Shown: positions 1 to 8,741 of the stretch, one piece after another | Layout: the number at the start of each line of letters is the position of its first letter | Numbering within the stretch: position 1 is the stretch's first letter | Assembly (NCBI GenBank): GCA_041659445.1 | Contig: JBAZYG010000001.1 | Location: 155,068-219,067 of the forward strand | Length of the DNA: 64,000 bases | Direction of reading: 5' to 3' | DNA from: Candidatus Pacearchaeota archaeon | GTDB taxonomy: Archaea > Nanobdellota > Nanobdellia > Pacearchaeales > GW2011-AR1 | Notes under the pieces: generated by a model | The model's database searches: none | Seen by the model: only the letters and a program-made list of their open reading frames with translations | What the model was told of the DNA's origin: nothing | Program-made: the position numbers and the translations under genes

Positions 1-357
1 AAAAATATTTTAGAGTATTTAGTTAAACAAGTTAAACAAAGAGAAAAAAGTTTTCTTCCAAAAAATCCTTTAATTATTTCTAATTTAGAAATTGTAAATG
101 ATAATAATCCAGATAATTTTTATGGACTTTTATTAAAACTTAGAGAAGATTCAATTCTTGAAAATGATGAAAGATTTGCTTTTGGAAAAAATAAAATAAA
201 ATTTGAAAATGAATTAGGAAATGCTGAAAAAAATCTTTGGACAAAAGAAAAAGATTTGTCTGGGGTTTTTGCGGATAATAGTCAGAGTGTGAATTCTGAC
301 AATGACAATTTGTATAGTTCCAATAATAGTGGCTGGGTGGTTTTTGTGAGAGATTAA
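1..357 (+). CDS. 3' end of an upstream gene, partial (C-terminal ~118 aa ...NSGWVVFVRD*). Hypothetical.
   Basis: Open frame runs from the window edge to a TAA at 355-357. It is not in the ORF track because the start lies outside the window. No recognisable motif. Confidence 0.35.
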   Translation, partial: KNILEYLVKQVKQREKSFLPKNPLIISNLEIVNDNNPDNFYGLLLKLREDSILENDERFAFGKNKIKFENELGNAEKNLWTKEKDLSGVFADNSQSVNSDNDNLYSSNNSGWVVFVRD

Positions 358-369
358 AAAAATAAAATT

Positions 370-1218
370 TTAAAAAATTGGTTTTGGAGGCATCATTGAA
401 TTATTAAAATTTTGAGAATTTGACATTCCAAAAGGTGATGGTGGTTGGTCCATATTTAAATTGTTCATTTTTTTAATCATGAAGTGAATTTGATTTTCTG
501 TTTTAATTAAAGTTAAAATTAAATTTCCTAATGCAATTCTTGAAATTCCTTCAGAAATTGGTATTTTGGATTTTGATGAAAATTCATTCAAGATATTATT
601 TATTTCTGTTTGGTTTAAAATTATTTCAGTAGGTTTTCTTCCCATTGTTCCTTCGACAACAACTTTTTCATTTGCACCCGGACATTCTATTAAATTAACA
701 TTTGAATCTTTTATTAAAACATCTAATTTTCCTAATTGAACATATTCAAATGTTTCAGAAGGTTGCAAATATTGTAATTTTTCTGGAAGTCTTGGTTCTG
801 GAATTCTTAAAATTCTTGTATCTTTTTGGGTGTTTTGCGATGAGGGTTTTATTATTTCTATAAATTCAGGAAATTCTTTGTTCTTTGAAAAATCTATTTT
901 ACTTTTTTCTTTAGGTTGTTCAGTTTTTAATGGAGATTTTAATTCTTTTAAAATTTCTTCATTTGTTTTGTTGTGACTTTTTTCTTTTACTTTTTCAATT
1001 ATTTGTTCTCTTGTTAATGGTTTTATTATTCTTATTCTTCCAGGATAATTTAATTTTTGTTTTTGATTAATTAATGCATTTAATCTATATATTGGGTCTA
1101 ACTTGTAATTTTTTATTAATTCTTTTGTAAAAGTCATTAGAAAAATTTCCCTTTTTTCAACGGGAATTTCTTTTATCATTTTGTAATTTAATTTGGAACA
1201 TTGAATTCTGGAGACCAA
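370..1218 (-). CDS. Hypothetical protein (282 aa).
   Basis: Long ORF with typical coding composition. No clear catalytic motif and no P-loop. Confidence 0.45.
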   Translation of the reverse strand: MVSRIQCSKLNYKMIKEIPVEKREIFLMTFTKELIKNYKLDPIYRLNALINQKQKLNYPGRIRIIKPLTREQIIEKVKEKSHNKTNEEILKELKSPLKTEQPKEKSKIDFSKNKEFPEFIEIIKPSSQNTQKDTRILRIPEPRLPEKLQYLQPSETFEYVQLGKLDVLIKDSNVNLIECPGANEKVVVEGTMGRKPTEIILNQTEINNILNEFSSKSKIPISEGISRIALGNLILTLIKTENQIHFMIKKMNNLNMDQPPSPFGMSNSQNFNNSMMPPKPIF

Positions 1219-1721
1219 TCAGTATCTTCACCTTCTTCTTGCACAACTGATTTTTTTGTTCCCAATTCTTCTTGAATTTTATTTAATGGTTTTATTGTTT
1301 CGTTATTTGATTTTTTAGACATTGGATATTTTGAAGGAATTTCATTCATTGGTTTTGGTGTTGAAAATTCATTGTATCTTTCTGTTGGTTTTGAATCATG
1401 AATCATGGTTATTCCTCTTGCAATTATTTTATTTTGTTCTAATAATTTATCTATTCGTGAAAGTAATTCTGGATTGTTGTCTTTTTCTTCTGTTATTTTA
1501 AAATCTTTTGCTGTAAGAGTTTTTGCAGATTCTTCAAATAAATCTAAAAGTTCTGTCATTCTGTTTGATAAATTTTCGAAGTTTTCAGAAAGAGATGTCA
1601 TAACTTTTTGAAGAGAAACAAAGTTTTCAATTAATTTTGATTCAAATTCTTTATTAGATGCTTTTTTTGGAGATTTTTCTTTGTTTGTTTTTTTTGTCAT
1701 AATCCCCTCTTTTTTAGTCAT
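1188..1721 (-). CDS. Hypothetical K/E-rich coiled-coil protein (177 aa).
   Basis: ORF overlaps the downstream gene by 31 nt, operon-like. Charged, probably helical composition. Confidence 0.4.
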   Translation of the reverse strand: MTKKEGIMTKKTNKEKSPKKASNKEFESKLIENFVSLQKVMTSLSENFENLSNRMTELLDLFEESAKTLTAKDFKITEEKDNNPELLSRIDKLLEQNKIIARGITMIHDSKPTERYNEFSTPKPMNEIPSKYPMSKKSNNETIKPLNKIQEELGTKKSVVQEEGEDTDWSPEFNVPN

Positions 1722-1760
1722 ATCTCTAAGATGTGATTTATATTTATAAACTTTGTTGAG

Positions 1761-4184
1761 TTAAAAAATTCCTAGAATATCTGAATCTTTTTTTGATAAG
1801 TGTTCTGTTGAATTTTGGTTTTCAAAATCTTTTTCAATTCTTTGTTTTTCTTTATGCACTTCGTAATTTCTCATTTCTTTATCTGTTCCTTTTAATATTT
1901 CTTGTTCTAGTTCATGAATATAATCACTTATTTCTTTTGCTACATCTGCATTAACACTTATGCTGTCAATTTCGTTTTCTATCAAAAATTTTACCATTTC
2001 TTTTTTACTTCCAGATTGTCCGCAAATACTTGTTTCAACATTTCTTCTTTTACAGACTCTTATCACATACGCAATTTGGTGCAATATTGCAGGATGCATT
2101 TCATTGTAAAGATGTTGAACTTGTTCGTTTCCTCTATCAACTGCTAAAATATATTGTGTTAAATCATTTGTTCCGAATGAAATAAAGTCAATTCCTTCTT
2201 CACATAATTCTTGTATTAATTGAACTGCAGCAGGAGTTTCTATCATCACTCCAACTTTTGCATTTTCAAATTTTAATTCTTTCATAATTTTTTTTACTTG
2301 CTTTATTTCATCAACGCTTATAACTTGTGGAAGCAAAATTCCAATTGTTGTTCCTTCTTCAGAAATTTTTTTCAATGCATTTAATTCAGCCTTTAATATT
2401 TTAGGGTTTTTTAACCCAAATCTGATTCCATGCATACCTAACATTGGATTTGTTTCAATTTCTTTTGGAGCACCTTCGAGATCATGAAATTCATCACTTC
2501 TTATATCTGAAGTTCTTACCCAAATTTCTTCAAAGTATTTTGAAATTCCTTTTACTCCTTTGAAAATTACTTCTTCATATTCTGTCATTTTATTATTTGT
2601 TAAAAAATAATTTGGATGAATTCCAGATTCTGCAATTATTCCTTCAAGTCTTGTTAATCCAACTTTTTTTATTCCTGTTTTTGATGCTCTTTCTGCAAAG
2701 CTTGGTAAATCTACAATAACTTTTAATTTTGTTTTAGTAATTTTTGTTATTGGTTCTATTTCTTTTAATTTATTTTCTGAAGTTTTCCCAAGATAAACTT
2801 TTCCTTCATATCCGTCGACAGTTATTTCTTGTCCGTCTTGTAATTTTTCTGTTGCAGTTCTTGTTCCGACAACTGCAGGAATTCCCATTTCTCTTGATAC
2901 AATTGCAGCATGTGCAGTCATACCTCCTTCATCAGTAACTATTGCAGAAGATTTTTGCATTGTTACAACCATATCTGGATTTGTCATGATTGTAACTAAA
3001 ACATCGCCTTTTTGAATTTTGTTTAAATCTTTTAAATCTTTAATTATTTTCACTTTTCCCGAGGCGATTCCAGGAGAAGCTGCTAATCCTGTTAAAATTA
3101 TTTCTCCTTTTATTTTTTCGTCTTGTTTTCTAGAATTTTTTCCTAAAGTTGTAATTGGTCTTGTTTGAACAATATAAATGTCGTCGTTTTCAATTGCAAA
3201 CTCCATGTCTTGTGGTTTTGAATAATGTTCTTCTAAAATATTTGCAAAATCTGCTAATTTTTTTATTTCATAATCTTTCAGAACTTGGGCTTTTGAACGT
3301 TCTTCTCGTAATTCAAGAATTTTTGTTTCACCAGAAGCAGTTCGTCTTATTGCAATTTTTTTTTCTTCAATTCTTTTACTTAAAATGTTTAAATTTTTTG
3401 AAATTGTATATGTATCTGGGGTTATTCTTCCTGAAACAATTCCTTCTCCTAATCCCCAAACAGCCTCGATAATTATATTTTCTGTTTGCATTGTTGGGTC
3501 TTTTGAAAAAATTACGCCTGATTTTTCTGAATTAATCATTCTTTGAATTACTACTGCTAAACTTGCTTTTACGTTTGCAAATCCTTGTTTGTTTCTATAA
3601 TAAATTGCTCTTGATGTAAACAAAGATGCAAAACATTTTTTTATTGCTTCTATTAATTCTTCATTTCCTTTTATGTTCACGTATGTTTCTTGTTGTCCTG
3701 CAAAACTAGCTTCTGCTAAATCTTCTGTTGTTGCACTGGAACGAACTGCGACGAAAATTGGTTCTTGAGCATTGTGTAAAATGTCATAAGCAGAGCCTCT
3801 TTCAATATCTAATTTATCTGAACTTAAAGTTTCATAGGATTCTATAATTTCTTCTTTCATTTCTCTTGGGAATTTTGAATTTAAAATTAATTCTCTTATT
3901 TTTTCAGATATTCTGTCTAGTTCTTTTGTGTTTTCATAATCAATGTCTTTTAGAAGTTCATTTATTCTGTCGAGTATTCCTGCTTCTTTTATAAAATAAT
4001 CATAAGCTTGAGCTGTTATTACAAATCCTTCTGGAACAGGTATTTTTGCGTTGAAAATTTCAGCGAGATTTGCACCTTTTCCTCCTGCGATACTTCCAGA
4101 ACTTTTATTTAATTCAGAAAACCACTTCACAAAATCTGGGTGTTGTTCTGAATCTTCGATGCTTTTACCTCTTTTTTCAAACAT
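1761..4184 (-). CDS. ppsA: Phosphoenolpyruvate synthase (pyruvate, water dikinase).
   Basis: 807 aa. N-terminal ATP-grasp motif GGKGANLAEI. Central phosphohistidine swivel domain GGMTAHAAIVSREMGIPAVVG. C-terminal PEP-utilising domain MIETPAAV. Confidence 0.9.
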   Translation of the reverse strand: MFEKRGKSIEDSEQHPDFVKWFSELNKSSGSIAGGKGANLAEIFNAKIPVPEGFVITAQAYDYFIKEAGILDRINELLKDIDYENTKELDRISEKIRELILNSKFPREMKEEIIESYETLSSDKLDIERGSAYDILHNAQEPIFVAVRSSATTEDLAEASFAGQQETYVNIKGNEELIEAIKKCFASLFTSRAIYYRNKQGFANVKASLAVVIQRMINSEKSGVIFSKDPTMQTENIIIEAVWGLGEGIVSGRITPDTYTISKNLNILSKRIEEKKIAIRRTASGETKILELREERSKAQVLKDYEIKKLADFANILEEHYSKPQDMEFAIENDDIYIVQTRPITTLGKNSRKQDEKIKGEIILTGLAASPGIASGKVKIIKDLKDLNKIQKGDVLVTIMTNPDMVVTMQKSSAIVTDEGGMTAHAAIVSREMGIPAVVGTRTATEKLQDGQEITVDGYEGKVYLGKTSENKLKEIEPITKITKTKLKVIVDLPSFAERASKTGIKKVGLTRLEGIIAESGIHPNYFLTNNKMTEYEEVIFKGVKGISKYFEEIWVRTSDIRSDEFHDLEGAPKEIETNPMLGMHGIRFGLKNPKILKAELNALKKISEEGTTIGILLPQVISVDEIKQVKKIMKELKFENAKVGVMIETPAAVQLIQELCEEGIDFISFGTNDLTQYILAVDRGNEQVQHLYNEMHPAILHQIAYVIRVCKRRNVETSICGQSGSKKEMVKFLIENEIDSISVNADVAKEISDYIHELEQEILKGTDKEMRNYEVHKEKQRIEKDFENQNSTEHLSKKDSDILGIF

Positions 4185-4254
4185 AAATAGAATAATTAAT
4201 TAGAATTAATAAAGGTTTTTATGGGAATTATTATACGAGTTTTATCTTTATTTT

Positions 4255-4431
4255 TTAATTTGAAATAGCATTTACAGGACAAGATTCAATTGCTTTTTTT
4301 ATGCATTTTGCTTTTTTATCTGCGTTTTTTTTAACTTGTGCTTTTCCATCTTCACTCATTTCAAAAACGTCAGGGCAAATTCCAGGACAAGTTCCACAAC
4401 CTATACACTTCTTTTTGTCAACTTTTACCAT
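4255..4431 (-). CDS. Small single-cluster [4Fe-4S] ferredoxin (58 aa). Missing from the ORF track, presumably because it falls below the length cut-off.
   Basis: Hand translation gives MVKVDKKKCIGCGTCPGICPDVFEMSEDGKAQVKKNADKKAKCIKKAIESCPVNAISN. It has CxxCxxC...CP plus a distal C...CP, the pattern of Pyrococcus/Thermotoga-type ferredoxins. It replaces the low-complexity + strand ORF at 4301-4603. Confidence 0.75.
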   Translation of the reverse strand: MVKVDKKKCIGCGTCPGICPDVFEMSEDGKAQVKKNADKKAKCIKKAIESCPVNAISN

Positions 4432-4535
4432 GTTTGGAAGTATATTTTTTAGTTTAATAATGTTTTTATGGAAATTTCATTTATATTATGTTCTAAGCGT
4501 TAGATTAATAAATTATCCTGAATTAATTAAATATT

Positions 4536-5420
4536 ATGAAGATATTAATTATCGGTGCTGGTTCTATTGGAGTTTATCTTGGTACTTTATTATTTTCAAA
4601 TAATCATGAAGTTATTCTCTTGGGCAGAACAAAATTAAAGAAGCTTAATGAAACAATTTTAATTGGAGAAAACCCTTATAATTTACCTCCAAGAATTTAT
4701 AAAATGCCTAAAAATAAAACCTTTGATTTTATATTTATAACATCAAAACTTTATGATTTACAAAAAAATTTACAATCTGTCATTGAAAATAATTTAAAAT
4801 CAAATTATTTAATAAGCATTCAAAATGGAATTGTTGACGAGAGTTTATATGAGCCTTATGTAAAAAATTCGAAATTTACTTCCATTTCAGTATTTGAAGG
4901 TTTTAGGTTAATAGAAAATCAATTGGTTGCTTCTTACTCAAAAGCTGGTTGGAAGACAGACAATTCTGAAACAGGGAAAGTGGTTTCAAAATTACTTTTT
5001 GATTCTAAAATAAATTGCACTATTGAAAAAGATTTGAATTTAGTTAAAGCAGAAAAAACAATAATGAATTGCTCTGTCAATCTCTTATCTGCTATTGAAA
5101 AGAAAACTTTTTATGAATTGTTTTCTGATGAAAAAACTCTAAATAAAATCAACAAGCTTTTTGATGAATCTTATAATATTTTGAAGAAATTATACACCTT
5201 AAGAAGTAAGGAGGTATTGAAAAAAGAATTTTATAATATTGCTTCTAAAATGAAACATTATTCTTCGACTTATCAAGATGCTATTTCTAAAAGAAAAACA
5301 GAAGCGGAATTTCTTAATGGATTAATTGTTAGGTTAGGAAAAAAGATGAAAATGCCAACTCCTGAAAATAAAAATATTCTTGAAGAGTTTTATAGGATAT
5401 ATTCGGATAGAAATAAATAG
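4536..5420 (+). CDS. 2-dehydropantoate 2-reductase family protein (ApbA/PanE-like).
   Basis: N-terminal Rossmann motif MKILIIGAGSIG. The C-terminal region (STYQDAISKRKTEAEFLNGLIVRLGKKMKMPTP) resembles the ApbA_C domain. Confidence 0.6.
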   Translation: MKILIIGAGSIGVYLGTLLFSNNHEVILLGRTKLKKLNETILIGENPYNLPPRIYKMPKNKTFDFIFITSKLYDLQKNLQSVIENNLKSNYLISIQNGIVDESLYEPYVKNSKFTSISVFEGFRLIENQLVASYSKAGWKTDNSETGKVVSKLLFDSKINCTIEKDLNLVKAEKTIMNCSVNLLSAIEKKTFYELFSDEKTLNKINKLFDESYNILKKLYTLRSKEVLKKEFYNIASKMKHYSSTYQDAISKRKTEAEFLNGLIVRLGKKMKMPTPENKNILEEFYRIYSDRNK

Positions 5421-5450
5421 TTTTATAAATCTATTTTAGTATATATAAAC

Positions 5451-6005
5451 ATGATAATTATAGCATGGGTTTTGATTATTTTAGCAGTTTTAATAGTAAT
5501 AATGCTTTTCAGTTATTACAATAGGTTTGTTGTTTTAGCAAATAGAATTGATAATTCATTAAGTCAAATTGATGTTCAATTAAAACGAAGAGCAGATTTA
5601 ATTCCAAATCTTTTGGAAACTGTTAAAGGTTATGCTAAACATGAAAAAGTAATAATGGAAACAGTTACTAAAGCAAGAAGTGCAATGATTTCTGCTAAAG
5701 ACTTGCCTTCAAAAATAAAAGCTAATAATGTTTTGGAAGGTGCTTTAGGAAAATTATTCGCAATTGCCGAGGGTTATCCTGATTTAAAAGCAAATACAAA
5801 TTTCTTAGAATTACAAAAAGAACTTTCTGCAACAGAAGATAGAGTTGCTTATTCAAGACAATTTTACAATGATTCAATTTTGAGTTATAATAACATGGTT
5901 CAAAAATTCCCAGGATTAATTTTTGCAGGAATTTTTGGAAGAAAAGAAAAAGAATATTTGAAAATTGAAGAAGTTGATAAAAAACTTCCTAAAGTTGAAT
6001 TTTAA
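5451..6005 (+). CDS. lemA: LemA family membrane protein.
   Basis: N-terminal TM segment followed by the LemA signature ...QIDVQLKRRADLIPNLLETVKGYAKHE... Confidence 0.85.
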   Translation: MIIIAWVLIILAVLIVIMLFSYYNRFVVLANRIDNSLSQIDVQLKRRADLIPNLLETVKGYAKHEKVIMETVTKARSAMISAKDLPSKIKANNVLEGALGKLFAIAEGYPDLKANTNFLELQKELSATEDRVAYSRQFYNDSILSYNNMVQKFPGLIFAGIFGRKEKEYLKIEEVDKKLPKVEF

Positions 6006-6050
6006 TTAATTTTTGAAAATATAAATCTTTATTAAGTTTCTCAAATTATT

Positions 6051-6338
6051 TTGATAATGTTAAAAAAAGGATATATTAAGTGCAATTATTCTAAAGGAAT
6101 GTTTAGTGATGAATATTTTGTGAATTTTAAAGGTTCTTTTGAAAGGGATTCAGGTATTGATGGGAATTATCTTGTTATGAAAGACAGAGTGATTACTAAA
6201 GATGAAAGTTTTGGATTATTAAAAATTATAATTTTAGGGACAAAAGGAAAATCAACTAAAATATTGATTGATGGTGCAAAAGATGTTGGAGCAGGAGTTT
6301 TTTTTGAAGTTCCTAATGAAGAAATAATATTTAATTAA
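6051..6338 (+). CDS. Hypothetical protein (95 aa).
   Basis: ORF only. Confidence 0.3.
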   Translation: MIMLKKGYIKCNYSKGMFSDEYFVNFKGSFERDSGIDGNYLVMKDRVITKDESFGLLKIIILGTKGKSTKILIDGAKDVGAGVFFEVPNEEIIFN

Positions 6339-6387
6339 TATCTTTAAATATACATATATTTTTAAATAATTAATTTATTGGTTTTTT

Positions 6388-6882
6388 ATGAATACTAAAG
6401 AATTCGTTCAGTTAATAAGAAATCACGGATGGAATCTTTATAAGATACCTAATTTAACTGCTCCTAGTTTTGAAGAAATGCAAAAAAATGGTCCTGTAGA
6501 TTTTTTATATTCAGGAGAACATTCTTATTTTTTTGCTCCTAAACAGATGGGAAATCAAACTCTTAGAGAAGCTTATAGTATTACAAAAGGGCTTGGGCCT
6601 TCATTAGTTATTTATCCTAAATATGAAGGTTTGTTAGAAGTTTATAAAGGAACAAGCACTTGTGAGATGGATAATGAAATATTTTTTAGCAGATTATTTT
6701 TTGAAAAAGAAAGTAGTACTCTTATGACTCCTAAAACCACATATAATTTTGACCCTAGCGCAGCACTTTTAGAGACAAGATTATTATTAGATATCTTTAA
6801 GAATAATTTTAGGATTGTTAGACCAGGAAAATATGGTAAAACCATTCCAATTCCGATGATTCAAAACCCTAGAGATAATTGA
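6388..6882 (+). CDS. Hypothetical protein (164 aa).
   Basis: ORF with coding-like composition. No motif recognised. Confidence 0.4.
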   Translation: MNTKEFVQLIRNHGWNLYKIPNLTAPSFEEMQKNGPVDFLYSGEHSYFFAPKQMGNQTLREAYSITKGLGPSLVIYPKYEGLLEVYKGTSTCEMDNEIFFSRLFFEKESSTLMTPKTTYNFDPSAALLETRLLLDIFKNNFRIVRPGKYGKTIPIPMIQNPRDN

Positions 6883-7629
6883 TTAATTAATATACTTAAC
6901 TTTTCCAAAATCATAAACTTTATTCTTTTCAACTAAAAAAGCTTCAAATTGCATTAATTGTTTTATTGAAATTATTTGATCTGATTCTTTTCTTATTCCT
7001 AAATTTTCTACTTCAGAACCTTCTGTTAAAGGCAAAAAACTAGGGACAATTATTAGTTTCTTTTTTTTGAAATTTCCAATTAAAAATGCTTTATATTTTT
7101 CAGATTTTATTCCTTTTTTGTCTTTTAATTTTACAGAAGGATGTAAATGTCCTATTATTACTATTTTTATTTTTTTATCATTTAATTCTTTAAACCATTT
7201 ATCTCCATGAGTAAATGCAAGATTTTCTTGAATGTAAAAATCTTTTAATTCATAATTTTTTAAAGTAAAAGTATCATGATTTCCTTTTATTAGGATTATA
7301 TTTTCTTTTTCTAGGAATTTCTCTAAAAATCTTAAAAAATCTCTTACTTCAAATATTTCATCTTTATCAAATGAAAAATAATGTTTAATATCTCCAAGTA
7401 AAATTATTTTATTTAATTTGTATAAAGCTTTTACTCTTTTTAGGATAATTTCAATTTCTTTTTTTGTTTCTTCTAATTGATTAAATGGAAGAAAAATTCC
7501 CTGAGATTTTAGCATTTGTTCATATCCTAAATGTAAATCTCCAATTGCAAGAATTCCTTGTTTTGGAAAGAATATTGTTTTTGAAATGAATTTAAATTCT
7601 GGTGTTTTTGAGGATTTTTGGGGTTTCAT
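6883..7629 (-). CDS. Calcineurin-like metallophosphoesterase (small archaeal SbcD/Mre11-related phosphoesterase type).
   Basis: Motifs GDLHLG, GDIKHYF, GNHD and GHLHP in the canonical order. 248 aa. Confidence 0.7.
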   Translation of the reverse strand: MKPQKSSKTPEFKFISKTIFFPKQGILAIGDLHLGYEQMLKSQGIFLPFNQLEETKKEIEIILKRVKALYKLNKIILLGDIKHYFSFDKDEIFEVRDFLRFLEKFLEKENIILIKGNHDTFTLKNYELKDFYIQENLAFTHGDKWFKELNDKKIKIVIIGHLHPSVKLKDKKGIKSEKYKAFLIGNFKKKKLIIVPSFLPLTEGSEVENLGIRKESDQIISIKQLMQFEAFLVEKNKVYDFGKVKYIN

Positions 7630-7681
7630 GAAAATAGGGAGAAAAGGTAGTTTTTTATATTTGTGGGTGTTATGAAAGGGT

Positions 7682-8089
7682 ATGGCACAGTTAATGACTA
7701 ATGATGAAAGAGATTTTTATCAAAGTCAGTCAGAATTATCAAGAGTTCAGATGAAATTCTTAAAAAGCCAAAATAAAATTTCTGAAGAGCAAGTTGATAT
7801 TTCAAAAAAGCAAATAGAAATTTTAGAAAAACAAAATAAATTAATGGAAAATCAAACAAAATTTTCCAAAATTTTAGCAATAGCAACGGTGGTTTTGGCT
7901 CTTGCTGGATTTTCTCAATCCATATATTATTTTGAACTTTTTAGTCAAGGGATGATTAAAGATTTTTATGATGGTTTGGCTTTCATTCTTTTAGCAATTG
8001 TCGTATTTGCAATTGGAATGTTAATAGTAAACTTGCTTTTTAATTGGAAATTATTTCAAGAGGAAAAAAGAGCAAATAAAATTAATTAA
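7682..8089 (+). CDS. Hypothetical membrane-anchored coiled-coil protein.
   Basis: N-terminal Q/K/E-rich heptads. Two C-terminal hydrophobic segments. Confidence 0.4.
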   Translation: MAQLMTNDERDFYQSQSELSRVQMKFLKSQNKISEEQVDISKKQIEILEKQNKLMENQTKFSKILAIATVVLALAGFSQSIYYFELFSQGMIKDFYDGLAFILLAIVVFAIGMLIVNLLFNWKLFQEEKRANKIN

Positions 8090-8099
8090 AATAAGATTT

Positions 8100-8711
8100 T
8101 TAACGATAATCTATCCATTTCCAAGCTATTAATGCAAGAATTATTGCTATTATCCACAATCCCCACGTTGGAATTCCATATATCATACCATATGCAAAAA
8201 AATGTGGACTTTGAGAATAAAAATATGTTATAACTAAAATTGCTAGTCCTACAATAAATCCAAATGAAATTTTTGGAAATTTAAAATTCTCTCCTCTGTG
8301 ATGATGTTCTCCTTCCTTAAAATTTATTCTATTTAAAAAATTTACAGAAATTGATAATATTGCGCCCATTAACAAGAGTGTCCATATTTCTTTTGGCAGT
8401 TCTTTAAATAGGGAGAGTATTACTTCTTTGACTATCCAAATTAAAGCCATAAATAAAATTATCCAAAATAAAATTTTTAAATCAATTCTTAATCTTTTCT
8501 TTTTTATTGATGAATGAATTGTTTTTGATAAAAAGGCTAAAAGAATTCCCATAAATAAAAAATAAAATACTCTATAATCTATAAAGAAGTTCATACTTGA
8601 AAAAACCTTTGTTAAAAATAAATTAGAGACCCAAAATAATATTGCATAAATAATTGTCCATACAGCAATCCATTTTAATTGATTTAATTGTCTTTTATAA
8701 ACTTCTTTCAT
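8100..8711 (-). CDS. Hypothetical polytopic membrane protein (203 aa).
   Basis: About five hydrophobic helices. Lies directly downstream of the Lhr helicase gene on the same strand. Confidence 0.45.
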   Translation of the reverse strand: MKEVYKRQLNQLKWIAVWTIIYAILFWVSNLFLTKVFSSMNFFIDYRVFYFLFMGILLAFLSKTIHSSIKKKRLRIDLKILFWIILFMALIWIVKEVILSLFKELPKEIWTLLLMGAILSISVNFLNRINFKEGEHHHRGENFKFPKISFGFIVGLAILVITYFYSQSPHFFAYGMIYGIPTWGLWIIAIILALIAWKWIDYR

Positions 8712-8741
8712 AAATCTTAACTAATTTCAAAATTTAAAAAC

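Noticed and set aside
1405-3472. Four + strand ORFs (1405-1611, 1914-2147, 2744-2938, 3155-3472).
   Set aside because: All lie antisense within well-supported minus-strand genes (the coiled-coil ORF and ppsA). Their translations are Leu/Phe/Ile-rich antisense artefacts typical of AT-rich DNA.
4301-4603. 100-aa + strand ORF (MHFAFLSAFFLTCAF…).
   Set aside because: Low-complexity F/L/S-rich translation. The opposite strand encodes a clean CxxCxxC ferredoxin (4255-4431), which explains the open frame.
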